DNA of 64,000 bases, from contig NC_043003.1 of the NCBI RefSeq assembly GCF_006345805.1, positions 89,404,001 through 89,468,000 on the forward strand, written 5' to 3'. The position numbers were made by a program, and so were the translations under genes. The notes under the pieces are model-generated. The model did not search any database. It was not told where the DNA came from and worked only from the letters and a program-made list of their open reading frames with translations. Positions 49,415 through 62,800 of this stretch are shown here, piece by piece; within the stretch, counting starts at the first letter, position 1, and each line of letters starts with the position of its first letter. This DNA comes from Octopus sinensis (taxonomy: Eukaryota).

Positions 49415-51871
49415 ATCATCATCATTTAACATCTGTTTACCATGCTAGCATAGGTTGGATGGCTTGATTGGAACTAGTAAGGCCAGGGGCCGCATCAGGC
49501 TCCACTGTCTGTTCTGGCATGGTTTCTATGGCTGGATGCCCTTCCTAACACCAACCACCTTACAGAGTGTACCGGGTGCTTTTAACATGGCACCAGCATC
49601 AGTGCATTTAATGTGGCCCCAGTACAAGTGCTTTTTATGTGGCACTAGCACTAGTATCAATTCTTCTGTGGCAGACGGGTCTTCTTGAGTATAGCAATGT
49701 ACCATTTATCTTGGTCCTAATCATCTTCATAAGGCTCACTGTCTTGAGATTGGCCTTCATCCCATGTCTTCTGAGTCTCCCTCTTCCACAAATTCCATCC
49801 ACTTTAAGTGATTGGCTCTTCTGTATGCAGCTCTCTACATCCATATGCACTGCATGACTCAAATCAGTGCAGTCTACTCTCTTACACTTAGCATTTAATT
49901 CCTCTTATGTTCAACTTTTCCCTCAAAACACTAGTGCTCTGTTGCACATGAACACTTACATTGCACCTTCAGCAGAGTATACTAGCTTTATTTCTCTCTA
50001 GCCTTCACATGTCCTCTGCATTCAGAGCCCACGCCTCACTACCATGTAACATTGCTGTTCGTATACATGCATCATACAATCTTCCTTTTACATGGTGAGA
50101 GATTTTTGGGTGCCAACGCGGTAAAAGCTCTCTGAATTTTCTCCATCCTATTCTTATTCTAGCAATTTCACTTTCCAAGTATCCTCCCTCACAGCTAATT
50201 AGGTCTCCTAGGTAGCAGAAATGTCTACTACTTCTAAAGAGCTTCCGGGGCATTTGAGAAAATCAATTTCCTGAGTATCTCTAGTTTTTATGGCTCCTGA
50301 GCATCTTTCGCATACAAACAACACCTTCTCTGATAACATTCCTATTATTCTACTGCACCTCTTGTATGTCCCTAGCTTGCACTGGGTATACCATATGTAA
50401 TTTCTACCTACACCTTTTCTACATATTGAGCAAGGCCATTTACCAAAAGGGTCTTGTCTGTTTTCTTGCTTAATAGAACCTTAGTCTCTGCTAATTTTAA
50501 CTTTAAGGCTCTTTAATTCCATGTTTTGCTTCTACATCTGGAATGTCTTTTCTAGTTCTTTCACTGAATCTGCTATAAGAGCTATATCATCAGCATATAA
50601 CATTTCCCATTGGCAGCCAGTCTTGAATTCTTCTGCTATGGCTTGGAGGATGATGATGAATAGGAGGAGACTGAGAACTGAGCCCTGATGAATGCCTACC
50701 TCTACACTAAATTCAGTAAGGTGAGAGTTTATACTCATGGCTAACTCTCATCTTAATGACAGTACCACTGTACATGGCTTGGAACATTTTCACAAGCCAT
50801 TCGTCTACCCCTAACTTCCTCAGAGCCTATCATTTCACATGGCAGGGTTCTCTGTCAAAAGCCTTCTCTAAGTCAACAAATGCCAAGTACAATGGTTTAT
50901 TCTTGGCCAAATACTCCTTCAGTTATCTGACTATAAAGATAGTGTCAGTAGTGCTTCTTCCAGGTACAAAACCAAACTGCTTTTCATCTGCTTCTAACTG
51001 GGTTGTTACTCTTTTTGTCACTTTCATGACTTGGTCCAACAACTTGATGCCTCTGTAATTACTGCTATCTAAAGCATCTCTCTTACCCTTGTTGCAGCTG
51101 ACCATAATGCTGCTACACCAATCTTTGGGGATGACACCTTCCTGATTAACTATTCATATGACTAGGTCATATTGTACTCTGCCAGATATTTTAAGCATCT
51201 TGGCAGTACTCCTGATGGTTCCTGGGCTTTCCATCTCTTCATATCCTTAATTGCTTTTCTATCATGCTGCTGTCAATTTGAATAGCTGGTGCTTCTGTTG
51301 GGTTCACATAAGGGAGACTCTCCACAGTAGCCTTTCTATGCTTCTTTCTTTTCAAACCCTCTGCGTGCAAGCATACCATTATCCATCTGTACACATTTCT
51401 CTCCCACTGCATCTTGATTTTCTCTGACACTGTTTAGCAATCCCAAACACCTTAAGTCTCAGCTCTTCTCATTAACAAACCTCTTCCTTTCTGCTTCTGC
51501 CCTGGCTAGATAAACCTGTTGCCTCCATTTCTCTTATCTTTCCAAGCCTGTAATTTCATTTTTATGCCTTATCTACCTCACCGTTCCACTACCCACTGCT
51601 TCACTACTCTCCCTCTGACAGACTTTACTCCAGCTACAGATCTGGTCTGCAACCTTCAGAATGTTGTCTCAAGGAACTTCTAGTTCACCTCCTCCTCTTT
51701 CTCATCAAATTCTTTAATCAGAATGTCTCTAAATCTCTGACTGATGGATTTTTCAGCTTCCATAACTGCCTTTTCCAGATTAGTTTGTGTCTCTGTGTCT
51801 GTCTAGCCATTTACTACTAACCTTTCTTGATTTGTACATGCCTCACTGGGAAAAGACTTTGTATTTATAAG
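49415..51871 (-). mobile_element. Old RTE LINE, 5'-truncated
   Basis: Minus-strand RT pieces (NYRGIKLLDQVMK, FGFVPGRSTTD, GIHQGSVLS, YADD) and a (CAT)n tail near 49415. Confidence 0.88.
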
Positions 51872-53556
51872 CATGCAATGGTATGGTGGGAGCCCTCCAA
51901 TCACATGGATGACTGCTATCTTTGTAACAAATTTGAAAGGTATTAACTGGTAAAATCGACAAACACTTATCTACCCTAATCTTGCCTCTGCTATTAGACC
52001 AGTTCCACTCAGTGAAGAGCTTCCTGTTCCTGTCTTCAATGTCTTGCCTCAGATAACTTTACCCTCAACCAAAGAAGATTCATCACCTGAAGAAGACACT
52101 GGAGATCAAGACTTTTCAATTGACTTTACCTCAGCTATTCTCCCAGGTAGAGTTGAATGAACTAGTACGTGAATTGAACCTCCCAAAAAATTCTCCAGAA
52201 TTGTTGGCTTCTCAACTGAAAGAGAAGAATCTTCTGGAGAATGGTGTCTGTATAACATTGTATCAGAGTTGGTATGAAGAGTTCCTTTCTGTCTTCACAA
52301 AAGCAGAAGAGCTGGTTTACTGCAGAGATGTCAATGGGCTTCTTAATACACTTGGTGTTAAGGAATACAAACCAGAGGAATGGCATCTTTTCATAGTCCG
52401 CTCTAAGTGTTGTTTAAAATGTGTATTGTTGCACAGTGGAAATGTGTATAGCTTTGTCTCACTTGACCACTCAACAACTCTGAAGGAAAGATATCAAGAA
52501 ATTAAGTTGGGTTTAGAGAAGATATTCTATCATGACCATAAATGGGTCATCTGCATTGACTTAAAGATGGTGAATTTTCCCATGGGACAGCAATCTGGTT
52601 ATACCAAATACCCATGCTTTCTTTGCATGTGGAACAGTAGAGACCAAGGAAACCACTATGTTAAGAAAGACTGGCTGCCTCAAACAAATATGGCTCCAGG
52701 GCTGCCAATATATTGGAAGAGCCTTTAGTTGAGTGAGATAAAATCATTTCCACCCCTTTGCACATCAAACTCGGATTGATCAAGCAATTCATCAAAGCTC
52801 TTGACAAAAATGGGGAGTGCTTCAAGTATATTTGCAGTGTATTTCCAGACTTGATGACTGAAAAACTTAAAGCACGGATTTTTGATGGACCACAGATCCG
52901 TAAGCTCTTGAAGGAGACAAATTTCGTGAAAGTAATGAGCGAAAATGAAGCATCAGCTTGGCTAGCCTTTGCAGAAGTAGTGCAAAATTTCCTTGGGAAA
53001 CACAAAAGTGAAAACTATAAAGACCTTGTTACCAACTTGATATCAACTTTTCGTGATATTAACGTGAATATGAGCATCAATCTTTTTAGTCATCTTGATT
53101 GTTTTCCTGAAAATCTTGGGGATGTTAGTGATGAACAAGGTGAACAATTCTATCGCGACATCAAGGAGATCAAGGAGATGGAAACTCAGTACCAAGGACG
53201 TTAGGATGCTGTGATGATGGCAGACTATTGCTGGTGTTTAAAGCGAGATACGCCTGTTGCTCAACATTCATGGTGCACAAAGAAGCGTAAATTTATTCCT
53301 TGAATTTTTTGCCAATGTGCATTTTCAATTTTGCATTTCTATTTGTACTTTGTTTTGTTTTGTCTTATGCTTTTTTTATTGATTCATATTATCTGCCTTT
53401 TGTATGAATAAAATACTTATTTTATCAGGTCGAGTCAGAAAACTAGACCTGATATAGTAAAACTGAAGTTATTTTTTAATTTAACAGGAAAAATCACTTA
53501 AGAATTTGTTGAAATATTCTAGGCACCAGACACAAAAATTCTTTTGTTGTCCAGTG
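51872..53556 (+). mobile_element. Chapaev3-type (CMC) DNA transposon, 5'-truncated
   Basis: NHMDDCY, PQLFSQVELNELVREL, ICIDLKMVN..GQQSGYTKYPCFLC, PLHIKLGLIKQF and SDEQGEQFYRD. The terminus ...tccagtg is followed by TAA, matching the TWA-type TSD. Confidence 0.8.
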
Positions 53557-53587
53557 TAATTTCTCTTCTTTTTGTTTTTGTATACAG

Positions 53588-53675
53588 TTACTCAAAATGT
53601 GATGGTTATATTAATGATTTGAATGAAGGCAAACTCACCACTCAGCCAGGATGTTCTGAAGAAGAAACACTTGAG
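53588..53675 (+). CDS. POLR3A: POLR3A exon I: (G)[29 protein letters not shown]
   Basis: Acceptor gtatacag|T, donor GAG|gtatga. Phase 2 start matches exon H. Confidence 0.93.
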
Positions 53676-55059
53676 GTATGATCAGTTTTAATGTTTAACA
53701 GAATTGTGTATGTGTTTTAGGTAGGCAACATATAGTAATACAACACAGGGATTTGCTTGATGTGCTACAAGTGGCAGCCAAATCACCTTTAAATCAAACT
53801 CCACCATCTTACATTGGAAAATGTAATTCTAGGTACACTATAATTGTTATATCTGAAAAAAAAATGAAAAAAAAAAAGAAAGAAAGAAAAATCTTTGGGT
53901 TGGTCATGGTTTCATTTTTTGTTTCCTATCAGCAACTACTTTGCAGAGTGTACTGGATGCATTTTATTCTGGTACCAGCAATTAGGGTGGCCATCATGTT
54001 TTTGATCAGACCAAACAGTCTTCTCAATCTTATGTTATCTCCATTGGCTCCACTCATTGGCACCAATCACATTATGAAGTGTACTGGGTACATTCTATCA
54101 TGCCACCAGCAATAGTAGGATTTCTTAGCACTCTATTATACTGAAGAGTCCTCACTACTTTATGACTTGTTTGTCTAACGCAACACAACTAAGAAGGTGC
54201 ACTGAAGAGAATGATGAGAGGGGAACCAGGGTAGGTAGTGAGAGTATGATGGTAGGAATGGAGATTTGGTGGGAATGAAAGGGTGGTAGAAGGAGAGAGA
54301 ATGTAATGGATAGTAATAGAAGTGGACAGTGGTAAGAGTGAGTGATGAATGTCAGTAACAAGTGAAGCATAGGGAAGAAGGAGACGACTGGTAAGACAGA
54401 GTGTTTCAGGTACAGACAAATCTGATGCATAACCCTTATAATGAGAGATATAAAGTGATAAGGATGGTGGTTGGAGATTAAATACAGGCAGTCCAATACT
54501 ATCCTTTGTTATATGGGCAGCTTGGTACAATGACTGGGAGAGGACGAGTGTCAGAGAGATAAGAGCGGCACACACACACACACATTTGTGTTCACATGTT
54601 ATATTTAACTCTTACATGAATAGTCCCTAGTATGATGGTCTTTTAACGGGATAGCACTACATTTAACTGGTTAACAGATTCTCCAGTCATAGATAACACC
54701 CTTCATTTATGAAAAATGAAGTGTATTACCCTATTTGCACTCATGCATAATATCATTATGAACCTTCATTCGTTTTTTTTCCATGCTAACATTGGTTATG
54801 GCAATTCAGCAGTCTAAAATCTAAACTTCTTGAGACAGAAGCAGCAGTGTGTACCACGTCCTATGCTGTCTCCATTTCACATATTTTATATTGCTTCTTG
54901 TTACATTATTTTGTTGCATGTTTGGAGTACAATTTTTATGGTCCAGATATTGTTGTCAACTCATCAATTTGTGATATAATAATCTAGGAAACATTTATAA
55001 ATCTCCTGGTGATCTCATATTACTAATCTATTTAAATTATGAAACTTTTTCTATTTAAG

Positions 55060-55171
55060 GCTATGATCCTTAAAGAGTTATCTTTGATTCGAGACCATGC
55101 TGGTAAAGCGTGTTTAAAAGAATTGCACAAAAGTAACAGCCCTTTGAATATGGCCATTTGTGGATCAAAAG
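55060..55171 (+). CDS. POLR3A: POLR3A exon J: [37 protein letters not shown](G)
   Basis: Acceptor ctatttaag|GCT, donor G|gtaaat. Confidence 0.94.
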
Positions 55172-55773
55172 GTAAATTTTTCTTACTATTGAAATCTAAA
55201 TTGTAATGAATATAATCTGTAGTAATTATAATGAAATAAGTGAATCTATAAGTGATAGAAGATACTACAGTAGTTTTAACATCAAAACTAACTGACAGTA
55301 TTTTAAACGGTAACTAAAACAAAATCAAAATCACTAAGTTAATATGTTTAATGCATGGAGCATGAAAAAGGAGATGTGGAAATTAAAAGAGCTGTGTAAA
55401 AACAATATTAGGCAATGACTAATAGTATTTTCAATTTTTCAGCCAGCATGGAAGACAATTCTGGATATACTTTTGTCTTATTCTGACCTCCTTAGCAAAG
55501 TATAATTTTCACTCTTCTTGTGGAAATAGTGGTAACAAAAAAAAACATTAAATAACTGTACAAGATTTAATCACATTTTTGAATTATTTAATTTCCAGGC
55601 AATTAATTCAGCTTTCCTAACCCAGTAAATGTGCTATTGTGTAAGGCATGCTTTTCTCATTTCTTCCTAGTAATACACTGGTGTATATTCACTTTATTTT
55701 TAAATGTTCTACATCCAGTGCAATAGGCTCTTCTCATTTCTTTTACACATTAATATATATACATATGTTGTAG

Positions 55774-55887
55774 GTTCCTTCATCAATATTTCTCAAATGA
55801 TTGCTTGTGTTGGCCAGCAAGCTCTCGGTGGTAAAAGAGTCCCGAATGGATTTGAAGACAGAGCATTGCCTCACTTTGCCCGCCATG
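55774..55887 (+). CDS. POLR3A: POLR3A exon K: (G)[37 protein letters not shown]
   Basis: Acceptor gttgtag|GT, donor G|gtaaaa. Contains the [19 protein letters not shown] motif. Confidence 0.95.
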
Positions 55888-56968
55888 GTAAAAATGTTTT
55901 ACCTTATTGATTTGTTAGGTTTGTGTCAGTTCAGGTTTGCTGTAGAAAGTCAATACTTATCCATTTCTTATTATTGCACCTTTATACAATGCATACTTAC
56001 AATATAGAGTAAAGTATTACTTTATGGCCTAGCCTTCCTTGTTTCATTATTACTTTATTTTGATCCATCTTTGTTTCATTCAATGAAGAAGGTTTTTCCA
56101 CACTGCAGAACGTGTATGGTTCCAATTCCAGTTTACTGTGTTCGGTGTCAAAGACATACTTTCAATTCAGGCTTCAGAATGTCTTTGTTGTGGAACTCAA
56201 AGCCCTGATCTGTTGGTTAGGGATATATATATATATATTCCTGATGCATGAGATTTTTAGCAGCCATCTGCCAAATGTCATACACCATCCCTGCTTAGAT
56301 AAGTTTTAGAAGCTCTTAATAAGGTGTATGTGTTTTTTTGAGAAAGAAAGAGAGAGAGAAAGAGAGAAACAGACAGTCAAACAGAGAAAATAATATGAGT
56401 GTGAACTTGGTATTCCTTTATTATATCTGTTACGTTTCTGTATTTGGTAATAAATGATGTCACACTATAAATGCAATCCATGGATGCACCTCATAAGTGC
56501 ATATATATATATATATGTATATATATATCTGCCTATTCATTCTGTTAGAGATTATAAGAGTCTAAAGATACTAAAACTTCAGGTTTAATGTTAATATATG
56601 GCTGTCAAAACCTCACTTTATGTGTTCAAAAACAGTCTGTGTAAGAGTTCAACCACTTTTATAATGCTGTTTAAATCATTTACTGTTCATTATCATCGTC
56701 ATCATTAAATGATGAGGATGATGGTAGTAGCAGTGGTGGTGGTTGTTGTAGTGACAGTAGTGATTCTGGTGTTGGTAATAATGATGACGATGATGGTGAC
56801 ATTCAGTTTACTTTGGATGGTATGCTTAATATTTACATCTTTTTAATAAATTTCATTTCACAGTTGATTTATGCTTCTTAATCAAGTTTTATTTCAATGA
56901 TTTTATCACTCATTTTTCTTTTGTCACAGAATTCTTAAAAAACATTTTTTTTTTCTGTGATTTTTCAG

Positions 56969-57126
56969 CCAAAGACCCAGCAGCTCGAGGTTTTGTGGAG
57001 AATAGTTTCTACACTGGACTAACACCAACTGAATTCTTCTTTCATACAATGGGTGGGCGTGAAGGTTTGGTGGATACAGCTGTTAAAACAGCTGAAACAG
57101 GTTACATGCAACGAAGATTGGTCAAA
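56969..57126 (+). CDS. POLR3A: POLR3A exon L (bridge helix): (A)[52 protein letters not shown]
   Basis: Acceptor tttttcag|CC, donor AAA|gtaaga. Confidence 0.96.
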
Positions 57127-57279
57127 GTAAGACTTCTAATATTAATAAGAATTTTGTGTTGCTCTTCAAAAGTGTTCTAATTTTGTTACATAGGTTTGTA
57201 CATCATTTCCAAATAATGTACACCCATTCTCTATTGCCACTCAGCACCTATGCTCACTGACTTTGCCTCAAATCATATA

Positions 57280-58152
57280 TGAGGAGGTACCCAAAACTAA
57301 CCAGAAATATTCTTTGTGGGACAAGCTCGTTGTAGTTCAAGCTTCTGCCACTAGATGCAACCCTCAGGCCTGTCAACTGACATTGTCGAGTGGGGTTGTA
57401 CTACCACACGGTGCGTCTTTGTGTTGCAGTGCTTCTCTCCTGTTCATTGAGTTTTGCAATGGCTGAAATGCAAGAACAGTGTACTTCCATGAAGTTTTGT
57501 TTTCTGTTAGGGAAAATGGTGGGCAAAACAGTTGTTATGCTTCAAACAACTTACAAGGACGCTGCCATGAGCAAAACACAAGTTTACAAGTGGTTTTCAT
57601 GCTTTAGGAATGATCACTTGTTGCTTGAAGACCAACCTTGTTCAGGACAACCGTTCACCTCCTGAACGAATGAAAATGTGGAAGTTCATGACCTCATCTT
57701 GGATGATCATCTCTGAACAATTGACGAACTTGTTGATATGACTAGTGAATCTTGACCTCATGCTAACAAATTTTGAGCAAGGAATTGCAAATAAAAAGAG
57801 TTATTTTTGTACCTTGCTCATGGAAGATCAAAAGCAGTCACAATTGAATGCATGTCGTGAACTGAAAGAACAGTTAGAAATTTATCCAGACCTTTTTTTG
57901 AAGGTCATTGCTAGTGACAAAAGCTGGTGCTACAGAATTTACAGATGTGGAGGAAGTGAAGACAAAATCAATGGAGGTATTAAAATGCATCACTTTGCAA
58001 GAGTTCCAACACTGTTTGAACAGTGGAAAACGCATCTGGACCAATGCATTTCTTCACATGGAGAATACTTTGGAGGTAATAAAAGTGTAAACAAAAAGCT
58101 AAATGAATAAAATAATTTTGCCAAATTCCAGTTTCTTTTGGGTATCTGCTCG
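57280..58152 (+). mobile_element. Internally deleted mariner with both TIRs and TA TSD
   Basis: Left ta|tgaggaggtacccaaaa; right reverse complement ta|cgagcagatacccaaaa. Protein pieces KFCFLLGK...KWFSCFRND, VIASDKSWCY and EQWKT...GEYFGG. The catalytic middle is missing. Confidence 0.85.
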
Positions 58153-58319
58153 TATATCAGTGACTCCTTGTCCACCAGCTCTTCCCATCTCCACTCACAG
58201 TTTATCCCTTCTACAGTAAGAAACCTGTTCTAGTCATTTCTTTTGTACTCTAACTTTTCATTACTTCACATAAAGCTGTTTCCTTTTAGTCTGTGACAAC
58301 AATCTAAAAGGAGACAGCT

Positions 58320-58730
58320 TTATGTCAAGTGAACTCTCTGGTGACTTCAATTGTGTTGGTGCCCGTGCCGGTGACACGTAAAAGCACCATCCGTTTCGTG
58401 GCCGTTTGCCAGCTGTCTGGCCCCCGTGTTGGTGGCACGTAAAAGCACCATCCGTTCGTGTCCGTTGCCAGCCTCGCCTGGCCCCGTGCCGGTGACACGT
58501 AAAAGCACCATCCGTTCGTGGCCGTTTGCCAGCTCTGTCTGGCACCTGTGCAGGTGGCACGTAAAAAGCACCCACTACACTCACGGAGTGGTTGGCGTTA
58601 GGAAGGGCATCCAGCCGTAGAAACACTGCCAGATCTGACTGGGCCTGATGAAGCCTTCCAGCTTCACAGACCCCAGTTGAACCGTCCAACCCATGCTAGC
58701 ATGGAGAACGGACGCTAAATGATGATGATG
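58320..58730 (+). mobile_element. Young RTE 3'UTR with about 5 tandem modules
   Basis: Repeated ggtg(g/a)cacgtaaaagcaccatccgttcgtg(g/t)ccgt units. The tail is nearly identical to 33170-33347. Confidence 0.88.
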
Positions 58731-59004
58731 AGTACACATTGTAGAGTGGTTAGCCATAGGAACCATGCCAAAGCTGACATTGGAGCAGGATGTAGTTGGA
58801 TCTTGCGAAATTGTCCAACTCATGCCAACATGGAAGATGGACATTAAAAAGTGGTGATGATGATGCTGATCACATGCACATAGACTATTCTTTTACACAC
58901 AATCGTTATTTTGTACAGAAACAAGTGAGCGTACTCTGTATAGTTGTTGTTAAAAGTAAGTGAAACATCAAAATGCAATAATTTATTTTTATTTGTTTTT
59001 GTAG

Positions 59005-59160
59005 TCCCTTGAAGATTTGTGTTCTCAATATGATTTAACTGTAAGAAATTCCACTGGTGAAATTGTCCAGTTCCTTTATGGAGGGGATGGTCTTGACCCA
59101 GCTTCCATGGAAGGCAAAGATCGGCCAGTTGATTTCAAAAGAGTCTTGGATCATATCAGA
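59005..59160 (+). CDS. POLR3A: POLR3A exon M: [52 protein letters not shown]
   Basis: Acceptor tttttgtag|TCC, donor AGA|gtaagt. Confidence 0.95.
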
Positions 59161-59887
59161 GTAAGTTTGATCATTTTAATAATTTGTAACTTTGAGTAAA
59201 TAAATTACAAAAGATTTTAATGAATATTTCATAGATTACAGAAAATTTAATTTGGACTTAAATTAGGGGTTGGCAACCTTCTTTATATTTTGGCCCCTTC
59301 ATATTGGTATGTCATTGACCCCTATCATGTAAATTTCTAGAATAAAATTAAATAGTATAATTAATAAAAAATTTTGTAATTTAAAAACAATAATTCTTTT
59401 GTGCTTCTGTACCATGACCACTTTTAGAAAAGGCATTTTATTAGACATTCTTTCAGTTCAATTAGCTGTCAGGAATTAGTTCTAAGCTTTTCTGTGAAAA
59501 TTACTAGAAAGCAGTAAACCATTACTAGTTTCATATCTAGTAACAGTTTGTCTTATTAATTGCATAAAGCTGTTGAACCAAGAGCTAAGTAGCAATTCTC
59601 TCAAACATGGACATTGAAGGGACTGACTTCAGCTAATATTATTGTGTTTTGGTTGCATCATGTTTCTTATTTTGCCACATAACAAACCTATGCACTGTTT
59701 AGTATTTGTTTAGCTTCTGTTATCATCAATATTTCATCCAACTGTTGTGATCTGTTCACTGATCTTCACTATTAATGATTTGTTGATTGTTAATTGGCAA
59801 AATGACAAAATAACTCTACTAAAAATACGATACTTACTTTAACCTTTGTAATGTCAACCTGCATCAATGTACCCTAATTTTTATAAA

Positions 59888-62800
59888 CATCATCATCATC
59901 ATTTAACACCTGTTTTCCATGTTGGCATGGGTTGGATGGTTTGACGGAAAACTGGTAAGCTGGGAAGCTACACTAGGTTCCAGTCTGATTTGGCATGGTT
60001 TCTATGCCTGGATGCCCTTCCAAACGTCAGCCACTCTATGAGTGTAGTGGGTGCTTTTTACATGCCACCGGCATGGGTGCCATTGATGTGACACCCACAT
60101 CAGCCATGTGCTCAAATAGTGCTTGTATGTACCACTGGCACTGGGCCATAGCTACAATTTCACTTGACAGGTCTTCTCAAGCACAGCATATCACCCAACG
60201 TTCAGTGGGTGTTTTTTTACATGCTAGTTACACAACATTGGCGTCAGCCACGACAATGGTCTCATTTGACTTGATGAGTCTTCTCAAGTACATCATATTG
60301 CCAAAGGTCTTGATCACTTGTCATTGCCTCTGTGAGGCCCAATATTCAAAAATCATGTTTCACCACCTCGTCCCATGTCTTCCTGGGTCTACCTCTTCCA
60401 CCAGTTACCTCCACTGTTAAAGTGTAGCACTTCTTCACACAACTGTCCTCGTCCACACACACCACATGACCATACCAGTGCAATCATCTCTCTTGCACAC
60501 CACATCTGATTCCTGTTATGCTTAAACTCTGTCATGCATACACACTAACATTACACATCCAGTGAAATATGCTAGCTTCATTTCTTACAAGCCTACGCAT
60601 GTCCTCGGTTGTCACAACCCATGTGTCACTGCCATGTAATATGGCTGTTCACATAAAGGCATCATATAGTCTACCTTTCAATCTGAGAGAGAGACCCTTT
60701 GTTACCAGCAGAGGTAGGAACTCTCTGAACTTTGCCCAGCCTATTCTTATTCTAGCAGCTACGCTCTCAGAGTATCCACCCCAGATAATGACTTGGTCAC
60801 CTAGGTAATGGAAGTTATCGACTACTTCTAGTTTTCCCCACTGGTATTTGATGGAATCTATTTTCTGTACATTTTTAGTGTTAATTGTACCTGTGCACCT
60901 TCCACACACAAAAACTATTTTCCCTGTTAACCTTCCTCTGCTATTCCTGCACCTCTTATGTGTCCATAGCTTACACTGGGTACATCTTATAGAGTTTCTA
61001 CCTACACCTTTTCTACAGATTGAGCAGGGCCATCTACCTAAAGGGATTTGTGATTTGTCTGCTAGATTAACTCAAAAATACTTTTATTCTAGACCTTGCT
61101 TTCATGTCTGAAATTTCTTCTCTAGTTTTGGTTGTGATTTGGCTATAAGAACAAGATCATCAGTGTAGAGGAGCTCCCAGGGGAAGCTTGTCTTAAATTC
61201 CTCTGTTATTGTTTGGAGGACTATGATGAACAAGAGGGGTGGTTGAGGACTGATCCTTGGTGGACCCCTACTTGTACCCTAAATTCATCGCTATACTCAT
61301 TGCTAACCTTCATCTTACTGACAGCATCCCTGTACACCTCTCATCAACCATTCATCTATCCCAAGCTTCCACATTGCCCACCGGATAAGGGAATGGGGGA
61401 CTCTGTCAAAGGCTTTCTCCATGTTGACAAAAGCTAGGTACAGCGGTTTATTTTTGACTTGATATTTCTCCTGCAGTTGCCTAACCAAAAATATAGCATC
61501 AGTTGTGCTCCTGCCTGACACAAATCCGATCTGCATCTAGACTAACACTCTCCCTAATTAGTTGGGCTATGACCCTCTCTGTGACTTTCATCACCTGATC
61601 CAACAATTTGATGCCTCTATAATTATTTCTGTCTAAGATGTCACTTTTGTAGCTGTTGACTATAATTCTGTTACACTGAGGCGCAATGGCCCAGTGGTTA
61701 GGGCAGTGGACTCGCGGTCATAGGATTGCGGTTTCGATTCCCAGACCGGGCGTTGTGAGTGTTTATTGAGCGTAAACACCTAGAGCTCCACTAGGCTCCG
61801 GCAGGGGATGGTGGTGATCCCTGCTGTACTCTTTCACCACAACTTTCTCTCACTCTTACTTCCTGTTTCTGTTGTACCTGTATTTCAAAGGGCCGGCCTT
61901 GTCACTCTCTGTGTCACGCTGAATATCCCTGAGAACTACGTTAAGGGTACACGTGTCTGTGGAGTGCTCAGCCACTTACACGTTAATTTCACGAGCAGGC
62001 TGTTCCGTTGATTCGGATCAACCGGAACCCTCGTTGTCGTAGTAACCAACAGAGTGCTTCCCACTGTTACACTAATCGTTGGGTATGATTCCCTTGTTGA
62101 TAACCTGATTTTCTGTATGGGTGACTAGGCTATATCCTTCTCCATGAGTGGTGATTCCTGATGGGCTGGGGGCTTTCCCTGTCTTCATATCCTTAATTAC
62201 TTTACCTATCAAAGTATTGTCAATTGAGATAGCTGGTCCCTCAGTTGGGTCAATATTTGGCAGACTTCCTTCTCCCATTCATTCTCCATTTTTAGCAGCC
62301 TATCATAATGGCTTTTATAAGTCTCTTTCTTTGCAGAATCATTAAATATAAGTGAACTATCATCCATGCAGACATATTTCTCTCCTATGACACTGCAATT
62401 TACTCTCACACACTTTTTTGCAATCTGAAACGCCTCAGGTCTCTGGTCCTCACGTCACAGAACATTGGCAAACTTCTTCTTTTCTGCTTCTCCCTTGGCT
62501 AAGTATATCTGTCTTCTAGCTTCCCTTCTGGCTATCTGATACCATTCCGTGCTACCACCACATTTCCAGTCCTGTTTCTTTTCTCTACTGGCCCTGTCAA
62601 CTACATTGTTCCACCACCATGTCACCTGAAGTCAAGAGAAGACTTTGCACCAGCCACAGATTTGGTCAGTAGCCCTCAGCAGGTTGTCCTGTAGGAACCT
62701 CCAGTTGTCCTCCAAGTTATATGTCACTATATCCTCCTTTTCATCAAATGCCTCAAGTTATATGTCTCTAAATCTCTGTCTATTCAGAGGATCCTTAAGC

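Larger units (their letters stand above)
7301..59160 (+). other. POLR3A: Partial gene span (13 internal coding exons) of RNA polymerase III largest subunit
   Basis: Exons splice in frame with AG/GT (one GC) boundaries and matching phases. The translation is colinear with RPC1 from [14 protein letters not shown] to [10 protein letters not shown]. Intron lengths are 14007, 2978, 773, 5689, 603, 8705, 1263, 11250, 1384, 602, 1081 and 1878 nt. Confidence 0.97.

Noticed and set aside
53676-55059. Possible U12-type intron (GTAT start)
   Set aside because: The donor is GTATGA, not GTATCCTT, and there is no U12 branch consensus.
58340-58580. Repeat-spacer-like array resembling CRISPR
   Set aside because: The spacers are similar to each other, the units are RTE 3'UTR modules, the context is a eukaryotic intron and there are no cas genes.
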